Below, in pieces: positions 1-10,827 of a stretch of 64,000 nucleotides of DNA. The DNA lies in assembly GCA_965262745.1 (NCBI GenBank), contig OZ253558.1:1946602-2010601 (forward strand). Direction: 5' to 3'. Positions within the stretch are counted from its first letter, which is position 1. Each line of letters begins with the position of its first letter. A model generated the notes under the pieces. It was not told the DNA's origin. It saw only the letters and a program-made list of their open reading frames with translations, and did no database searches. Position numbers and translations under genes: made by a program. Source of the DNA: Chloroflexota bacterium. GTDB lineage: Bacteria > Chloroflexota > UBA11872.

Positions 1-1074
1 TCCTACGACACCTCAGGGCCCTCGGTCACGCGTGAGGAGCTCGAAGCATTCGCCAGCGGTTTGCTGCAAGCCGTCGGCATGGACCTCGAAGACGCGGACT
101 TCACGGCGCGGACGCTGGTGCACGCGGACCTGCGTGGGGTGCATTCGCATGGGGTGCGAATGCTGCCCCTCTATGTGCGGACGCTTTCGAGCGGCTCCAT
201 GAATCCCCGGCCCATGGTGCGGGAAATCACGAGCGGCCCGGGCCATGCGACGTTCGACGGCGACAACGGGCTGGGCCAAGTCGCCGCCGGCATGGCCATG
301 GAGCGGGCGATCGAGCTGGCGCGGGCGTACGGCGTGGGGACGACGGTGGTCGGCAATACCGGCCACTTCGGCGCGGCTGGGTACTGGGTCATCATGGCGG
401 CGGAGGCTGGCTGCGTAGGCTATTGCGCCAGCAACCTGCGCGGCCCCGTGTTGCTGGCGACCGGAGGGCGGGGAGGGGCCGCCGGCAACAACCCGCTGGC
501 CTGGGCCTTCCCCGGCGAGCGCCACCGCCCCACGGTGCTGGACATGGCAACGGGGGCCGTGGCGCTGGGAAAGATTGCGGCGCTGGGCGAAGGCGGGCTT
601 CAAGCCCCGAATGGCGTCGCGGCCGATGCCGAGGGCCGGCCGACCCGCGATCCGGCCAAGGTGGCCTTTGTAATGCCCGCCGCGGGCGCCAAGGGATATT
701 CGCTGGCGGTGCTGCACGACGTGCTGGTAGGCGCGCTGACCGGCGGCGGATCGGCGCTGCAGAAGGAGCCGCTGGTACTCGGCGGGCCGATGGACGGCGG
801 GCTGTTCTTCATGGCCATCGACATTTCGGCGGCAATGCCGCTGCTGGACTTCACCGCCGCGATGGACGCGCAAACCGACGCCGTGAACGACCTCCAACCG
901 GCTGAGGGCGTAGACCGCGTGAGCATGCCAGGCCAGATCGAGTGGGATCTCTATGACGAGCGGGTCGTCTCAGGCATCCCGTTTCCGGCAGGCGTGCTCG
1001 ATTCGGTGACCGAGGTCGCGGCGCAGTACGGCGTGGCCGCGCCCTGGCCGTCGGATAAGCTCCGAAGCTCCTAG
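1..1074 (+). CDS. Ldh_2 family oxidoreductase (malate/L-sulfolactate/ureidoglycolate dehydrogenase-like), 5' end outside window
   Basis: Motifs ADLRGVHSHG, DGDNGLGQ, GHFGAAGY, NNPLAWAFP, LDMAT, KGYSLA, PGQIE; frame is open from position 1 (SYDTSGPSVTREELEAFASGLL...). Confidence 0.9.
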   Translation, partial: SYDTSGPSVTREELEAFASGLLQAVGMDLEDADFTARTLVHADLRGVHSHGVRMLPLYVRTLSSGSMNPRPMVREITSGPGHATFDGDNGLGQVAAGMAMERAIELARAYGVGTTVVGNTGHFGAAGYWVIMAAEAGCVGYCASNLRGPVLLATGGRGGAAGNNPLAWAFPGERHRPTVLDMATGAVALGKIAALGEGGLQAPNGVAADAEGRPTRDPAKVAFVMPAAGAKGYSLAVLHDVLVGALTGGGSALQKEPLVLGGPMDGGLFFMAIDISAAMPLLDFTAAMDAQTDAVNDLQPAEGVDRVSMPGQIEWDLYDERVVSGIPFPAGVLDSVTEVAAQYGVAAPWPSDKLRSS

Positions 1075-1089
1075 AGCCGGAGACCTGGG

Positions 1090-2061
1090 ATGAGCAGCAC
1101 GCGGACGGACGGGACTCTTGACTCCGTGCTGGGCGCGATCGGCAATACGCCGGTCGTTGAGCTTGGGCGTCTGACACAAGGGCTACCGGGGCGGCTGCTG
1201 GTCAAGCTCGACTACCTGCATCCCGGATTCTCGAAGAAGGACCGCGTGGCCCTGCGGATGATCGAAGATGCGGAGGCCAGCGGCGAGCTGCGTCCGGGAC
1301 AGCCCGTGGTGGAGCTCACCAGCGGCAATGCGGGCACGGGGTTCTCCATTGTCTGCGCGGTCAAGGGCTATCACTTCGTGGCCGTGATGTCGCGCGGGAA
1401 CTCGGAGGAGCGGGCGCGCATGATGCGGGCACTGGGCGCCGAAGTTGTCCTGGTGGACCAGCTGCCCGGCGCGACGCCGGGTCAGGTCTCGGGCGCCGAC
1501 CTTGACCTGGTGGAGGCCGAAACTCAGCGCATTGTGCGGGAGCGCGGCGCCTTCCGACCCGACCAATTCCGCTTGCGGAGCAACTACCTGGCGCATCGCG
1601 ACACGACCGGCCCTGAGCTAGTGGCACAGACCGGCGGCGCCATCGACGCGTTCTGCGATATGGCCGGGTCCGGCGGAACCGTGGGCGGAACATCGGCTGG
1701 GCTCAAGCAGGGCATTCCCGGAATCAGGTGCTTCGTGGTGGAGCCGGCCGGCGCGGCAGTTCTGGCGGGCAAGCCCATCGTGAACGCGGACCACCGCATC
1801 CAAGGCGCGGGCTACTCGCGCCCGGAGTTGGCGAATATTCCGCCGGAAATGGTGGACGGCTATCTCACCGTGGACGACGAGGCGGCGACGGAGATGACGC
1901 GGCGGCTTGCCCGCGAGGAAGGGATCTTCGCCGGCTACTCGTCGGGAGCGAACGTGGCGGCGGCCCTGGAGCTGCTGCAGGGCGAGTTTCAGGGCGGCAC
2001 CGTGGCCACGATCATCAACGACTCAGGGCTCAAATACCTCAGCACCGACCTTTGGGAATAG
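1090..2061 (+). CDS. PLP-dependent cysteine synthase family protein (divergent CysK/CysM-like)
   Basis: IGNTPVV, KLDYLHPGFSKKDR (PLP lysine), ELTSGNAG, AGSGGT, HRIQGAG, EGIFAGYSSGAN, DSGLKYLST. Confidence 0.88.
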   Translation: MSSTRTDGTLDSVLGAIGNTPVVELGRLTQGLPGRLLVKLDYLHPGFSKKDRVALRMIEDAEASGELRPGQPVVELTSGNAGTGFSIVCAVKGYHFVAVMSRGNSEERARMMRALGAEVVLVDQLPGATPGQVSGADLDLVEAETQRIVRERGAFRPDQFRLRSNYLAHRDTTGPELVAQTGGAIDAFCDMAGSGGTVGGTSAGLKQGIPGIRCFVVEPAGAAVLAGKPIVNADHRIQGAGYSRPELANIPPEMVDGYLTVDDEAATEMTRRLAREEGIFAGYSSGANVAAALELLQGEFQGGTVATIINDSGLKYLSTDLWE

Positions 2062-2190
2062 CCGAAGCGCGCGCGGCCGATTGGCCATGGGTCGTGGCCA
2101 CCGCGCAACTGCGACACAATGGCGGCGCTGAGGTGGACGCCACGGTGTGGCGGCCACCACGTCCCATTTCCGGCGCAAGGAGCGGGTTTG

Positions 2191-2517
2191 ATGAGCATCA
2201 ACCATCGAGATGACCGTCCGATCGTGGACATGGGTGACGGCGTGCAGCGCCGCACGATGGTGTGGGGCGAGCGCATGCTGCTGGCCGAGATTCATTTCGA
2301 GACCGGCGGCGCCGTGCCACGGCACGACCACGTGTACGAGCAGATCGGGTACTGCATCAGCGGGAGCCTCGAGCTTGACCTGGGCGATGACACGACGGTG
2401 GTCAAGGCCAACACGTCATGGGTGATTCCCGGCGGCGCGCCGCACGCGGCACGGGCGCTGGAGCCGAGCTTCGTCATCGAGATTTGGAATCCCGCGCGCG
2501 ACGACTACAAGGACTGA
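2191..2517 (+). CDS. Cupin domain protein
   Basis: HDHVYEQIGYCISG and IPGGAPH cupin motifs; ATG at 2191 after AGGAG. Confidence 0.85.
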   Translation: MSINHRDDRPIVDMGDGVQRRTMVWGERMLLAEIHFETGGAVPRHDHVYEQIGYCISGSLELDLGDDTTVVKANTSWVIPGGAPHAARALEPSFVIEIWNPARDDYKD

Positions 2518-2614
2518 CGCCGGCGTCGTTGGAAGCGCCCCTCATGGGGCCTGAACCGGAATCACAGCGGACGGACGCAGCCGATTGAGCGCCTTTGGCG
2601 GCGTCACGGGGCGC

Positions 2615-3877
2615 ATGTCGCGCGCGACGATCGAAATCCTGCGCGACAACCTGACGCTGGTGCCGTTTTTTACCGCGGGTGGGCTGGCCGCCGCCGGGTT
2701 CCAGGTTCTCCTGTCACGTTCCCTCGAGGCAACGGTCTACGGCGAGACGTTCGCCGTGCTGGGGATGCTCTCACTGCTGGGGACGCCCAGCCTTGTGATC
2801 CAGACCATCATCGCGCGCAGCAGCGCGCGACTCTTCAGTTTGGGGCGGCTGACCGATATGCGCCTGGCGGCGTGGACCGCTGCCCGTCGGCTGAGCATAG
2901 CGGCGGTCCTGCTCACGGCAGTTCTGGCCGCACTCACACCGCTACTGATGCGTGCCTTTCAGCTGACAAGCCCGTGGCCGATGCTGGTGGCTGCGGTCGG
3001 CGCCGGCTTGGCCCTGCTGGAACCGCTGTTCCGCGGTGTCACGCAAGGGGCGCGGAACTTCGTCGCGCACGGCGCCATCGCAGCGATGTACGGGTTCGGT
3101 CGGCTGGGCGTAGGGGCCGTCGGGGTGCTGACCGGCGGTGGATCAACCGGGGCGCTGCTGGCAGGCCCGGCAGGCGCGCTCGCTGCCATAGGCACGGGCA
3201 TCGTCGCGCTGCGGGGACTCTTGCGCGGCGATTCCGCGCCGCGCGGCGCAGTGGCGCCAAAGGAGCCGCTGTGGGCGCATGTTCGGGTTGGCCTGATCGT
3301 GGCCGTCATGGCCGCCCTGCTGCATCTCGACGGGTTGGTGATGCGCATGTTCCATCCCCCCGACGTTGCCGCTGACTACGCCGTTCTCGCGGTTATCGGC
3401 CGCATGGTGTACTGGAGCGGGATCACGATTGGGCTGGTCCTGCTCCCCTTCGTGGTCCAGGCTGCCACGCGCGGCGAGGATTACGTGCGGGCATACCTGA
3501 TCAGCGTGGGATTGATGGTGTTTGCCGGGTCAATCGTGGCGTTCGTCGTGCTGCTGTGGCCCGACTTTGTCTACAGCGTGGGGTTCCGGGATGAATACAC
3601 GCTCAACACCACGCTGCTGCCAATCTACGTTGCCGCAGCTGCGATGCTGGCCATTGCGACGATGACGGCAAGTCTGCACATTGGCGCGTCCAACCTGCGG
3701 GTATGGCTTCCCTTGGCCGGACTGCTGGCCGCGACCGTCATCGGACTTGGCGTGGCGCATGAAAGCGCGAGTCAGGTCGTGACGGTCATCCTCGTGGCGG
3801 ACGCCCTGGCCTTGGTCTACCTGGTCGGAGAAGCCGCATTGCTCACGCGGCGAGCACCCGCACCCGTACCCGTGTAG
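2615..3877 (+). CDS. Oligosaccharide flippase / polysaccharide biosynthesis membrane protein (Wzx/MOP-like)
   Basis: About 12 hydrophobic segments, LSRSLEATVYG and RGVTQG pattern of Wzx-like proteins; adjacent to nucleotide-sugar genes. Confidence 0.75.
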   Translation: MSRATIEILRDNLTLVPFFTAGGLAAAGFQVLLSRSLEATVYGETFAVLGMLSLLGTPSLVIQTIIARSSARLFSLGRLTDMRLAAWTAARRLSIAAVLLTAVLAALTPLLMRAFQLTSPWPMLVAAVGAGLALLEPLFRGVTQGARNFVAHGAIAAMYGFGRLGVGAVGVLTGGGSTGALLAGPAGALAAIGTGIVALRGLLRGDSAPRGAVAPKEPLWAHVRVGLIVAVMAALLHLDGLVMRMFHPPDVAADYAVLAVIGRMVYWSGITIGLVLLPFVVQAATRGEDYVRAYLISVGLMVFAGSIVAFVVLLWPDFVYSVGFRDEYTLNTTLLPIYVAAAAMLAIATMTASLHIGASNLRVWLPLAGLLAATVIGLGVAHESASQVVTVILVADALALVYLVGEAALLTRRAPAPVPV

Positions 3878-3917
3878 CGACTCTCACGGCTGCATATCGC
3901 CGCCAGCGCCCCCGGTC

Positions 3918-4289
3918 CTAGTCGGAGGAGCGCCCGTAGTCGTCAGAGAAGCGGACGACGTCGTCGGGGTGCGGCGTGGAAACCTCAAGGACTCGCACCG
4001 CCCCGTAAGGCGCGGCAAAGCGATGGACGGTTCCGGGTCGAATGCGGAAGGCCTGACCGGGCTGCAAGTCGCGCGTCTCGGCCGTTTCCGGCGAAGCACC
4101 CACCGTCAAGGCCAGCCGACCCTCGAGGACGTAGATGGTCTCGTCCTTTTCCACGTGCGCTTGCAGGCTGAGCCGATGGCCCTCGCTGATCTCGATCACC
4201 TTGCCCAAGTAGTGCTCGCAGCGCGCGTAGATTATCTCGCGCCCCCAGGGCTTCTTCACAATGGTGATCTCGTCAGACGGCGCGTTCAT
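3918..4289 (-). CDS. Cupin, mannose-6-phosphate isomerase type II-like
   Basis: KKPWGRE, RLSLQAHVEKDET, PGTVHRF, EVSTP, DDVVRFSDDYGR; ATGA overlap with the upstream PGM stop. Confidence 0.82.
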   Translation of the reverse strand: MNAPSDEITIVKKPWGREIIYARCEHYLGKVIEISEGHRLSLQAHVEKDETIYVLEGRLALTVGASPETAETRDLQPGQAFRIRPGTVHRFAAPYGAVRVLEVSTPHPDDVVRFSDDYGRSSD

Positions 4290-5710
4290 CGGACTCCGGC
4301 GACGGACCGCCCGATGTCGAGCAGACGAACGACGCGGTCGGCGGACGTCGTTTCGCAATAGATGCGAAGCAGCGGCTCGGTTCCCGAGAAGCGCACGAGC
4401 AGCCAGCTTTCATCGGCCAGGTAGTACTTGAATCCGTCGAAGTCGCCCCGTCGGGCCACGGGGGTTCCGTCGATGGACTCGGGTGTCCAGGCAGCCATGC
4501 GGGCCATGATTGCCTCGCGGTCTTGCGCGGGAAAGCGCAGGTCCAAGCGGCGGTAGTGGTATTCGCGCCCGAGCTTCTGGAACAGCTTTTCGACGAGCTC
4601 CGACGGGGTCTTGTCTTCGCGGGCCATGAGGTCCAGGAAGAACAGTCCAGCGACGATTCCGTCGCGCTCTGGCATATGCATGCCAAACACGTAGCCGCCG
4701 CTCTCCTCGCCGCCCATCACTGCATTGGTATTGCGCATGGTTGGCGCCACGTACTTCATGCCGACGCCAGTCTCGTGAACCGGCACGCCGTACAGCTGCC
4801 CGAGCCGCTCCATCATCGCGGTCGTGGTGAGCGTCTTCACCAGCGGACGCCGGTCGCCGCGATGCTCGAGCATGTAGTAGGCCAGCAAGGCGATGGTGCG
4901 GAGCTGGTCGACGAACTGCCCGTGCTCGTCGACCACGCCCAGGCGGTCAGCGTCGCCATCGAGCGCCAGACCCACGGCGGCCTGCGCCTGGCGCACCGCC
5001 TCCCCCAGGGCGTCGGTTTGCGGCGGGATCGGTTCCGGTCGCGCCAGACCGGGAAATGCCGGATTCCACTCGGGGTGGATCTCGCGAACCTGGAGCTTGC
5101 CGCCGTTGAGAAATCGCGGCAGCCAGCCCGCGCCGGACCCATACATGGCATCCACGACCACGACGAGCTCGCGCCGCCGCAGCGCGAGCAGGTCGAGCAG
5201 ATTCGGCACGTGTCTGAGATAGGCGTTCGCGGGATCGAAGGATTTGACTTGACCAACCTGGGGCGTGCCGAGTTGGCGAATCGCGGCAGGCGTCACCGCG
5301 GCGACAGCAGCCTCGACCTTCTCCAAGCTCGCGGGCGGCAAGGCGGCGCCGCTGGCGGTGCGGATCTTGAAACCGTTGTCGCTGGGCGGATTGTGGCTGG
5401 CTGTGATCATCACGGCGCCCGCCGCGCCGACACGGGCGACGCTGAACGCGGCGACCGGCGTGGGGCACGGACGGTCGACGAGAAAGGCCGGAATGCCGGT
5501 CGCGGCCAGGACCTCGGCTGTCGCGCGGGCGAACTCGGGCGATCCGAACCGGCGGTCGTAGCCAACGACGATGCCGTTTTCCCACGACCACTCGCGGCGC
5601 ACGAAGTGGGCGAACCCCTGGGCCACGCGCCGCACGTTCGCAAACGTGTATTCGTCCGCAATGCCCGCGCGCCAGCCGTCCGTCCCGAACCGGATGGGCT
5701 CGCCGGTCAT
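4286..5710 (-). CDS. Phosphoglucomutase/phosphomannomutase
   Basis: IRFGTDGWR, TASHNP (phosphoserine), DGDADR, GEESGG, RFSGTEP. Confidence 0.95.
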   Translation of the reverse strand: MTGEPIRFGTDGWRAGIADEYTFANVRRVAQGFAHFVRREWSWENGIVVGYDRRFGSPEFARATAEVLAATGIPAFLVDRPCPTPVAAFSVARVGAAGAVMITASHNPPSDNGFKIRTASGAALPPASLEKVEAAVAAVTPAAIRQLGTPQVGQVKSFDPANAYLRHVPNLLDLLALRRRELVVVVDAMYGSGAGWLPRFLNGGKLQVREIHPEWNPAFPGLARPEPIPPQTDALGEAVRQAQAAVGLALDGDADRLGVVDEHGQFVDQLRTIALLAYYMLEHRGDRRPLVKTLTTTAMMERLGQLYGVPVHETGVGMKYVAPTMRNTNAVMGGEESGGYVFGMHMPERDGIVAGLFFLDLMAREDKTPSELVEKLFQKLGREYHYRRLDLRFPAQDREAIMARMAAWTPESIDGTPVARRGDFDGFKYYLADESWLLVRFSGTEPLLRIYCETTSADRVVRLLDIGRSVAGVR

Positions 5711-5768
5711 AAGGCGCAACGCTCGGCAGCGGCGAGCCGCGGGTGGGGCGCGCCAGGGGACATGGCGC

Positions 5769-6740
5769 TCAGGCGACGATCGGAGCGTGTGACGCGAGAC
5801 GCTCACGCACTTCGCTGAGGCCGTCTCGCAGCGAATCATCCAGGGACCGAGTGGCGCGCCAGCCGGTGTCGCGGGCGATCCGGGACGGGTCGCCAACGAC
5901 GACACGGCCCTTCGCTCCACCCGCAGCCGAGCGCTCCCTCACCTCGACTTGAATGCCGGCGATCGCGGCAATCCGGTCGACCACCGAGCGCAGGGGCGTG
6001 GCCAGCCCGGTCGCGACGTTGTAGACGGCCCCCGCTCGGCCGCGCGCCGCCACGGCTTGTATGGCCTGCGCGGTGTCTCGCACATCTACGAAATCCAAGG
6101 CGTCACGCAAGCTCAGGGTGTTGATGACCGGTGGGGCGCCGTGGTCGAGAATTTCGGCCGCCTGCCTGATTTGGGGCGCGGGGAAGTACTCCTCAGGCCG
6201 GCCGGGACCGATGACGTTGAACAGGCGCAGTCGGACGATGTCCAGCCCTTCGGAGCGATGGTGCTGGCTGGCCTGCAGGTCCGCCGCCGCCTTGGTGACG
6301 GCATACACGCCGTCCGGACGCTGTGGATCATCCTCGCGGATGGGACGGCTTCGGTCGTCGCGGCCATATTGCAGCGCCGAGCCCACGACAACGAGCCTCG
6401 CCTGCGGGACCATCGCGCGCAGGGCCAGAATCACACGGAGCTGCCCCAGGACATTCACGTCATAGGTCCCGATGGGGTCTTGCTCGGCCTGCCGCGGGTC
6501 GGCCACGGCGGCGAGGTTGATCACGACCGCCGGCCGCGTGGATCGAAACGCCTCGCGAATGCCGGGGCCGTCGCGCAAGTCGACTTTGAGGTCGCCGTCC
6601 CCGCGATGGTCGGCGGCAACTACTTCAGCGCCCACCGCCTGCAAGCTGGCGACGAGGTGCCGTCCGATGAATCCGCCAGCGCCGGTGACAAGCACCCGGA
6701 CGCCTTGCCACGAATGTTCCGCCGCCACCGCCTCGGTCAC
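5769..6740 (-). CDS. NAD-dependent epimerase/reductase, GDP-4-keto-6-deoxymannose reductase (Rmd)-like
   Basis: [13 protein letters not shown] catalytic motif, [16 protein letters not shown]; overlaps the gmd stop. Confidence 0.8.
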   Translation of the reverse strand: MTEAVAAEHSWQGVRVLVTGAGGFIGRHLVASLQAVGAEVVAADHRGDGDLKVDLRDGPGIREAFRSTRPAVVINLAAVADPRQAEQDPIGTYDVNVLGQLRVILALRAMVPQARLVVVGSALQYGRDDRSRPIREDDPQRPDGVYAVTKAAADLQASQHHRSEGLDIVRLRLFNVIGPGRPEEYFPAPQIRQAAEILDHGAPPVINTLSLRDALDFVDVRDTAQAIQAVAARGRAGAVYNVATGLATPLRSVVDRIAAIAGIQVEVRERSAAGGAKGRVVVGDPSRIARDTGWRATRSLDDSLRDGLSEVRERLASHAPIVA

Positions 6741-7738
6741 GCGCCGTGCCGCGACGCCATGATTTGCGCGTGTGCGAGCTGGCTCTCAACAAGCTCCATG
6801 TCCGCATCGACCATGAGCGTCACGAGCTCTTCAAAGGTGATGGTCGGTTCCCAGCCCAGCTTCTCGCGGGCCTTCGCGGGGTCGCCGATGAGATGCACGA
6901 CCTCGGCGGGGCGAAACAGGTCTTCGCTGGTGTAGATGTGGTCGCTGGCGTTAAGCCCGAGGTGCGAGAAAGCAAGCTCGGCAAACCGCTCGCCGGAGTA
7001 GGTCTCTCCCGTCGCGAGCACGTAATCGTCCGGCTCGGGCTGCTGCAGCATCAGCCACATGGCCCGAACGTAGTCGGGCGCGTAGCCCCAGTCGCGCTTG
7101 GTGGTCAGATTGCCAAACGGCACCTTGTCGAGGACGCCATGGCGGACGCGCGCGGCGTTGTAGCTGATCTTGCGCGTGACGAACTCGAGCCCGCGGCGCG
7201 GCGACTCATGGTTGAAGCAGATGCCCGAGCAGGCATAGATGTTGAAGCTTTCGCGGTAGTTGATGGTGATCCAGTGGGCGTAGAGCTTGGCGACGCCGTA
7301 GGGACTGCGTGGATAGAACGGCGTGGTCTCGCTCTGCGGCCACTCCTGCACGGCCCCAAACATTTCGCTGCTGGAGGCCTGGTAGAAGCGGATGCCGGGA
7401 TCGACGGCGCGCACGGCCTCGAGCATGCGGGTGGCGCCCAGGGCCGTGACCTCGCCGGTGAGGACCGGCTGGTACCACGACGTCTGCACGAAGGATTGGG
7501 CGGCAAGGTTGTAGACCTCGTCCGGGCGATGCTTCTTGAGAATCTCGATCAGCGAATACTGGTCATGCAAATCACCAGGCTCGAGCGTGATGTCGTCCTG
7601 GATGTGCGCGATGCGTCCGTTGTTCTCGGTGCTCGTGCGCCGCACGATGCCCACGACGTGATAGCCGCGCTCAAGGAGAAATTCGGCCATGTATGAGCCG
7701 TCTTGGCCGGTGATACCGGTGATGATGGCAGTCGGCAT
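6737..7738 (-). CDS. gmd: GDP-mannose 4,6-dehydratase
   Basis: [57 protein letters not shown]. Confidence 0.97.
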   Translation of the reverse strand: MPTAIITGITGQDGSYMAEFLLERGYHVVGIVRRTSTENNGRIAHIQDDITLEPGDLHDQYSLIEILKKHRPDEVYNLAAQSFVQTSWYQPVLTGEVTALGATRMLEAVRAVDPGIRFYQASSSEMFGAVQEWPQSETTPFYPRSPYGVAKLYAHWITINYRESFNIYACSGICFNHESPRRGLEFVTRKISYNAARVRHGVLDKVPFGNLTTKRDWGYAPDYVRAMWLMLQQPEPDDYVLATGETYSGERFAELAFSHLGLNASDHIYTSEDLFRPAEVVHLIGDPAKAREKLGWEPTITFEELVTLMVDADMELVESQLAHAQIMASRHGA

Positions 7739-7811
7739 CAGTGGAATATCTCGATTCTCGGTTGCTTTCGCAGTGTACGCGGCCCCGGGGCGCGGCCTAC
7801 GCCGACTGGTC

Positions 7812-10754
7812 TCAGGTTGGCCGTGTGGCCTTGCCTCCGTGGACCGTGGGCTCCTGACACCACTGAAGCCGCAGCAGGGCTAGCGGCTCGAGAATGGATT
7901 CCGGGAGGCCGAGAAGATTGACGAGCACGGCTTCATCGAGCGCCTGCCGCGTTTCGTCGTGATATGCCTCATTGGCCGGGAGAAACTCGCGTTCGCGGAA
8001 GTCCGCGAAGATGGCATGCGATTGCTGGAGCTGTGCGTCGCTGAGCTCCCGCACGTCGAGCGCCAGCAGCGAGGGGAGCTGAGTGATTGTGAGCCTCGCC
8101 CGACCCTGCTGCTGACGGCCGGCTACCCACCAATAACCGATCAACCCAAGGGTCGTGTTGGCCCAGAGAGCAATAGCTTCCTCGGCCGCAGTGTTGTCGA
8201 GACAATAGCTCGGCCAGGCGTGCCCACCGATGCAGCATTTTGGAGTCAGGCAGGCAGCCAGGCTCTGAGAATTGAGTCGGAAGTCACGGTTAAGATGAAG
8301 CCTGGTCGCCGTGTCCCAGACGTCCAGCGCCTTGTCCTCGCAGCCCTGCCGCACCCAGCCTTCGCTATCCGGCTCGACGACCAAACGGCGTTCGCGCGCC
8401 GCGTTATGTGACCAAAGCATCGGGTAGGTGGGAGCTACATCGCGGACAGGAATCACATCGAAGGGGCCGCGCGGGGTGCCATCGCGGCTTTTCTCCTTCC
8501 CAGAGATGTCCATGTGGTAGATCCCCCGCGCGCCGATGCTCGCAAGGTTTGTGACCGGCAGAGAAATCGCCGCTCGCGTGTGAGGCAAGCGGAGTGTTCC
8601 CGTTCCAAGGGCAAGCGCAACCTCAGCTACACCGGGAGACCTAAGAGAAGCGCAGCCGCCGTCGGCAACTCTTGCGCGGATGAAGCAACCAGCCTCATCG
8701 TCACCGATGTACACCAGCCCGCTGCGGCTATCCGGCAAGCGGTCGACAGCTCGCGCGATCTCGGTTGCTTCCACCAGGCTGCGAGGGCGCCAACGCAGGT
8801 TCACATAGAGCGCATTCGCACTCGACTCGTCCGCCTCCACCGGCTCGTTCCGCTTCACGGCGACGACGAGCGCCTCGGCGATGCCCGTGTCCGCCGAGAA
8901 CGCTCGTTCGTGGGAATCACCAGCGGCTGCGATCGTTACCACCGTCAAATCGCGGTATTCGCGCGCCAGCAGGCGGCGAGCTCGGGACCAGGCCCCGCCC
9001 GAAACGATTGCAAGCGGCAGCACCAGCGCCAGCACGCCGCCCGGCTTGATCTTGACGTGGGCGAGGTCGATGAAATTCGACGCCAGACCGGCATTGCCGT
9101 GGCCTACAGGGTGCTTGAGGCGTTGGCGGACTCCCTTTAACACATCTGACATCCGCCGCTGTTCATCCTCGCTAGTTGCGAATCCCGCAAACGACGGGAC
9201 TGGCACGCCGATCGATGCGGCTTCCTGACCGGTCGGCCGCGTGAACGGCGGATTCATGATCATCAAGTCCACCGAGCCCCGCGGTACCCGTATTTCGTCG
9301 CTTAGCAACCCGTAGGCGGCCCCTGTATCGACGCCGATCGCCTCGCCCGTGCCCCGCAGAACGTGCTGGCCCGTGCCAAACAACGACGGCTGCTCATCAC
9401 TGAGGATCAGGTCCAGCGACCCGATCGCTACCGGTCGTCCGCTGTCGCCGTCTACGTCTTGCTCGCCGTACGGCATGGTGTGAATGCGTGTGCGGTCGAA
9501 CGTCACGGATGGGTGGGAACTGGAGAGGGTTGAGGCAGTAAGGTGCGTCGCCGCCGGCATAATGTCCGCGCCGATTAGCGCGCGTTCCATCATCACTTGG
9601 TGCAGCGGCTCGTCGTCGCCCCCGGCGCGGCGGTGCCGCGCCGTGACTGCGCGGTAGGCTGCCGCGAGCAGCGCGCCCGTCCCGCAGGCCATATCCGCTA
9701 TGCGCAGGTCTGTGAAGGCCGTGGGCTTCGACCAGTCCATGGTCAGTCGCTCCGCGGCCAACTCAGCCAGAAGCGCGGAACTGGCCGGCCGCGTATAGAA
9801 CGTGGCCAAGAACTTCCGGTCAGCGATCAGCCGCCCAAACATCTGCCCGGAGAGCTCGTGCGTGCTCGTGGCGCCAATCTTGTCCAGGGCCCCCGCGACC
9901 ACAGTCAGCCGATCCAGCACCGTCGCTGCCGCGCCGTCAGGGATCGGCAGCAGAACGTCCGAGGCGATCCGAAAGATCGGCCAGTAGTTGATTTCGTGGA
10001 GGATACGTCGCCAAGTCCTCAGCACCTCGGACTTCAACGGCTGATTCCACGGCCCGCGCAATTCGTCAAGCGTTGGTATGTCGCGCACGGCCGCGATGGC
10101 GGTGTGGAAGGTCAGTGCGTTGGCCAGAATCGCCATCGCCATACGCACGGTCTGCTCGCTGGGCTCCTGGTGGAGGGCGGCGGCAACCTTAGGGAGCGCG
10201 TACGGGCGGTTCCAGAGGTCCTCACGCAGGCGGCCGGCGGCTTCCCGGACACCGACTTCTAGGATCAGCATCCCCTGGGCGATGCGGCGCTCGGATAGGG
10301 CAGTCCGCTCAATGAAGCCCGCCAGATCATCGAGGCCGCCGTGCAGCCAGCCTGAGGCCGGCCAGCGAATCGGCGCGTCGTCGCCTTCAAGGAACGCACA
10401 GTAATCGAACGAGGTTGCGGCAATGCGTTCGGGTAGGCGCGACTGCTCGCAGCCCCGGAGCGCAGCCGGCACACGGACGGCGATGGCCTGCTCGACGGCA
10501 TCGCCGGTGTCCTCGACGATTGCGCCCAGGCGGCCGCGGGCATCGCGCTCGACGGTGTGCGCCGGCTCGAATTCTGTCTCGACGATCACGGTCAGCCCGC
10601 CCGGGTGGCGGATCACGACATCGGGACGCCGCGCCGACGCGTCGCGGAGCACGCCGGTCTGCTCGGCACCTACACGCTCGCGCCAGCGCGGATGCTTCCC
10701 GCGCAATGCGTTGGCGAACTCGGCGTTAAAGACCGCTTCAGCAGTCCGGGGCAA
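7812..10754 (-). CDS. Type IIG-like restriction endonuclease/N6-adenine methyltransferase fusion
   Basis: N-terminal RRPDVVI...VIVETEF nuclease-like motif; [15 protein letters not shown] (motif I), IMNPPF (motif IV), [11 protein letters not shown]; C-terminal TRD-like region. Confidence 0.8.
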   Translation of the reverse strand: MPRTAEAVFNAEFANALRGKHPRWRERVGAEQTGVLRDASARRPDVVIRHPGGLTVIVETEFEPAHTVERDARGRLGAIVEDTGDAVEQAIAVRVPAALRGCEQSRLPERIAATSFDYCAFLEGDDAPIRWPASGWLHGGLDDLAGFIERTALSERRIAQGMLILEVGVREAAGRLREDLWNRPYALPKVAAALHQEPSEQTVRMAMAILANALTFHTAIAAVRDIPTLDELRGPWNQPLKSEVLRTWRRILHEINYWPIFRIASDVLLPIPDGAAATVLDRLTVVAGALDKIGATSTHELSGQMFGRLIADRKFLATFYTRPASSALLAELAAERLTMDWSKPTAFTDLRIADMACGTGALLAAAYRAVTARHRRAGGDDEPLHQVMMERALIGADIMPAATHLTASTLSSSHPSVTFDRTRIHTMPYGEQDVDGDSGRPVAIGSLDLILSDEQPSLFGTGQHVLRGTGEAIGVDTGAAYGLLSDEIRVPRGSVDLMIMNPPFTRPTGQEAASIGVPVPSFAGFATSEDEQRRMSDVLKGVRQRLKHPVGHGNAGLASNFIDLAHVKIKPGGVLALVLPLAIVSGGAWSRARRLLAREYRDLTVVTIAAAGDSHERAFSADTGIAEALVVAVKRNEPVEADESSANALYVNLRWRPRSLVEATEIARAVDRLPDSRSGLVYIGDDEAGCFIRARVADGGCASLRSPGVAEVALALGTGTLRLPHTRAAISLPVTNLASIGARGIYHMDISGKEKSRDGTPRGPFDVIPVRDVAPTYPMLWSHNAARERRLVVEPDSEGWVRQGCEDKALDVWDTATRLHLNRDFRLNSQSLAACLTPKCCIGGHAWPSYCLDNTAAEEAIALWANTTLGLIGYWWVAGRQQQGRARLTITQLPSLLALDVRELSDAQLQQSHAIFADFREREFLPANEAYHDETRQALDEAVLVNLLGLPESILEPLALLRLQWCQEPTVHGGKATRPT

Positions 10755-10827
10755 GGACGCTATCTCGAGCGACTCCTCATCTGCCGCGAAGTGTCAGCCA
10801 GCCTGGCGGGCGGACAGGTCATAGTAT

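Noticed and set aside
7747-10768. TATCTCGA on both sides of the RM gene as a target-site duplication
   Set aside because: Only 8 bp, no terminal repeats, and it would place the gmd upstream region inside the element; compatible with chance
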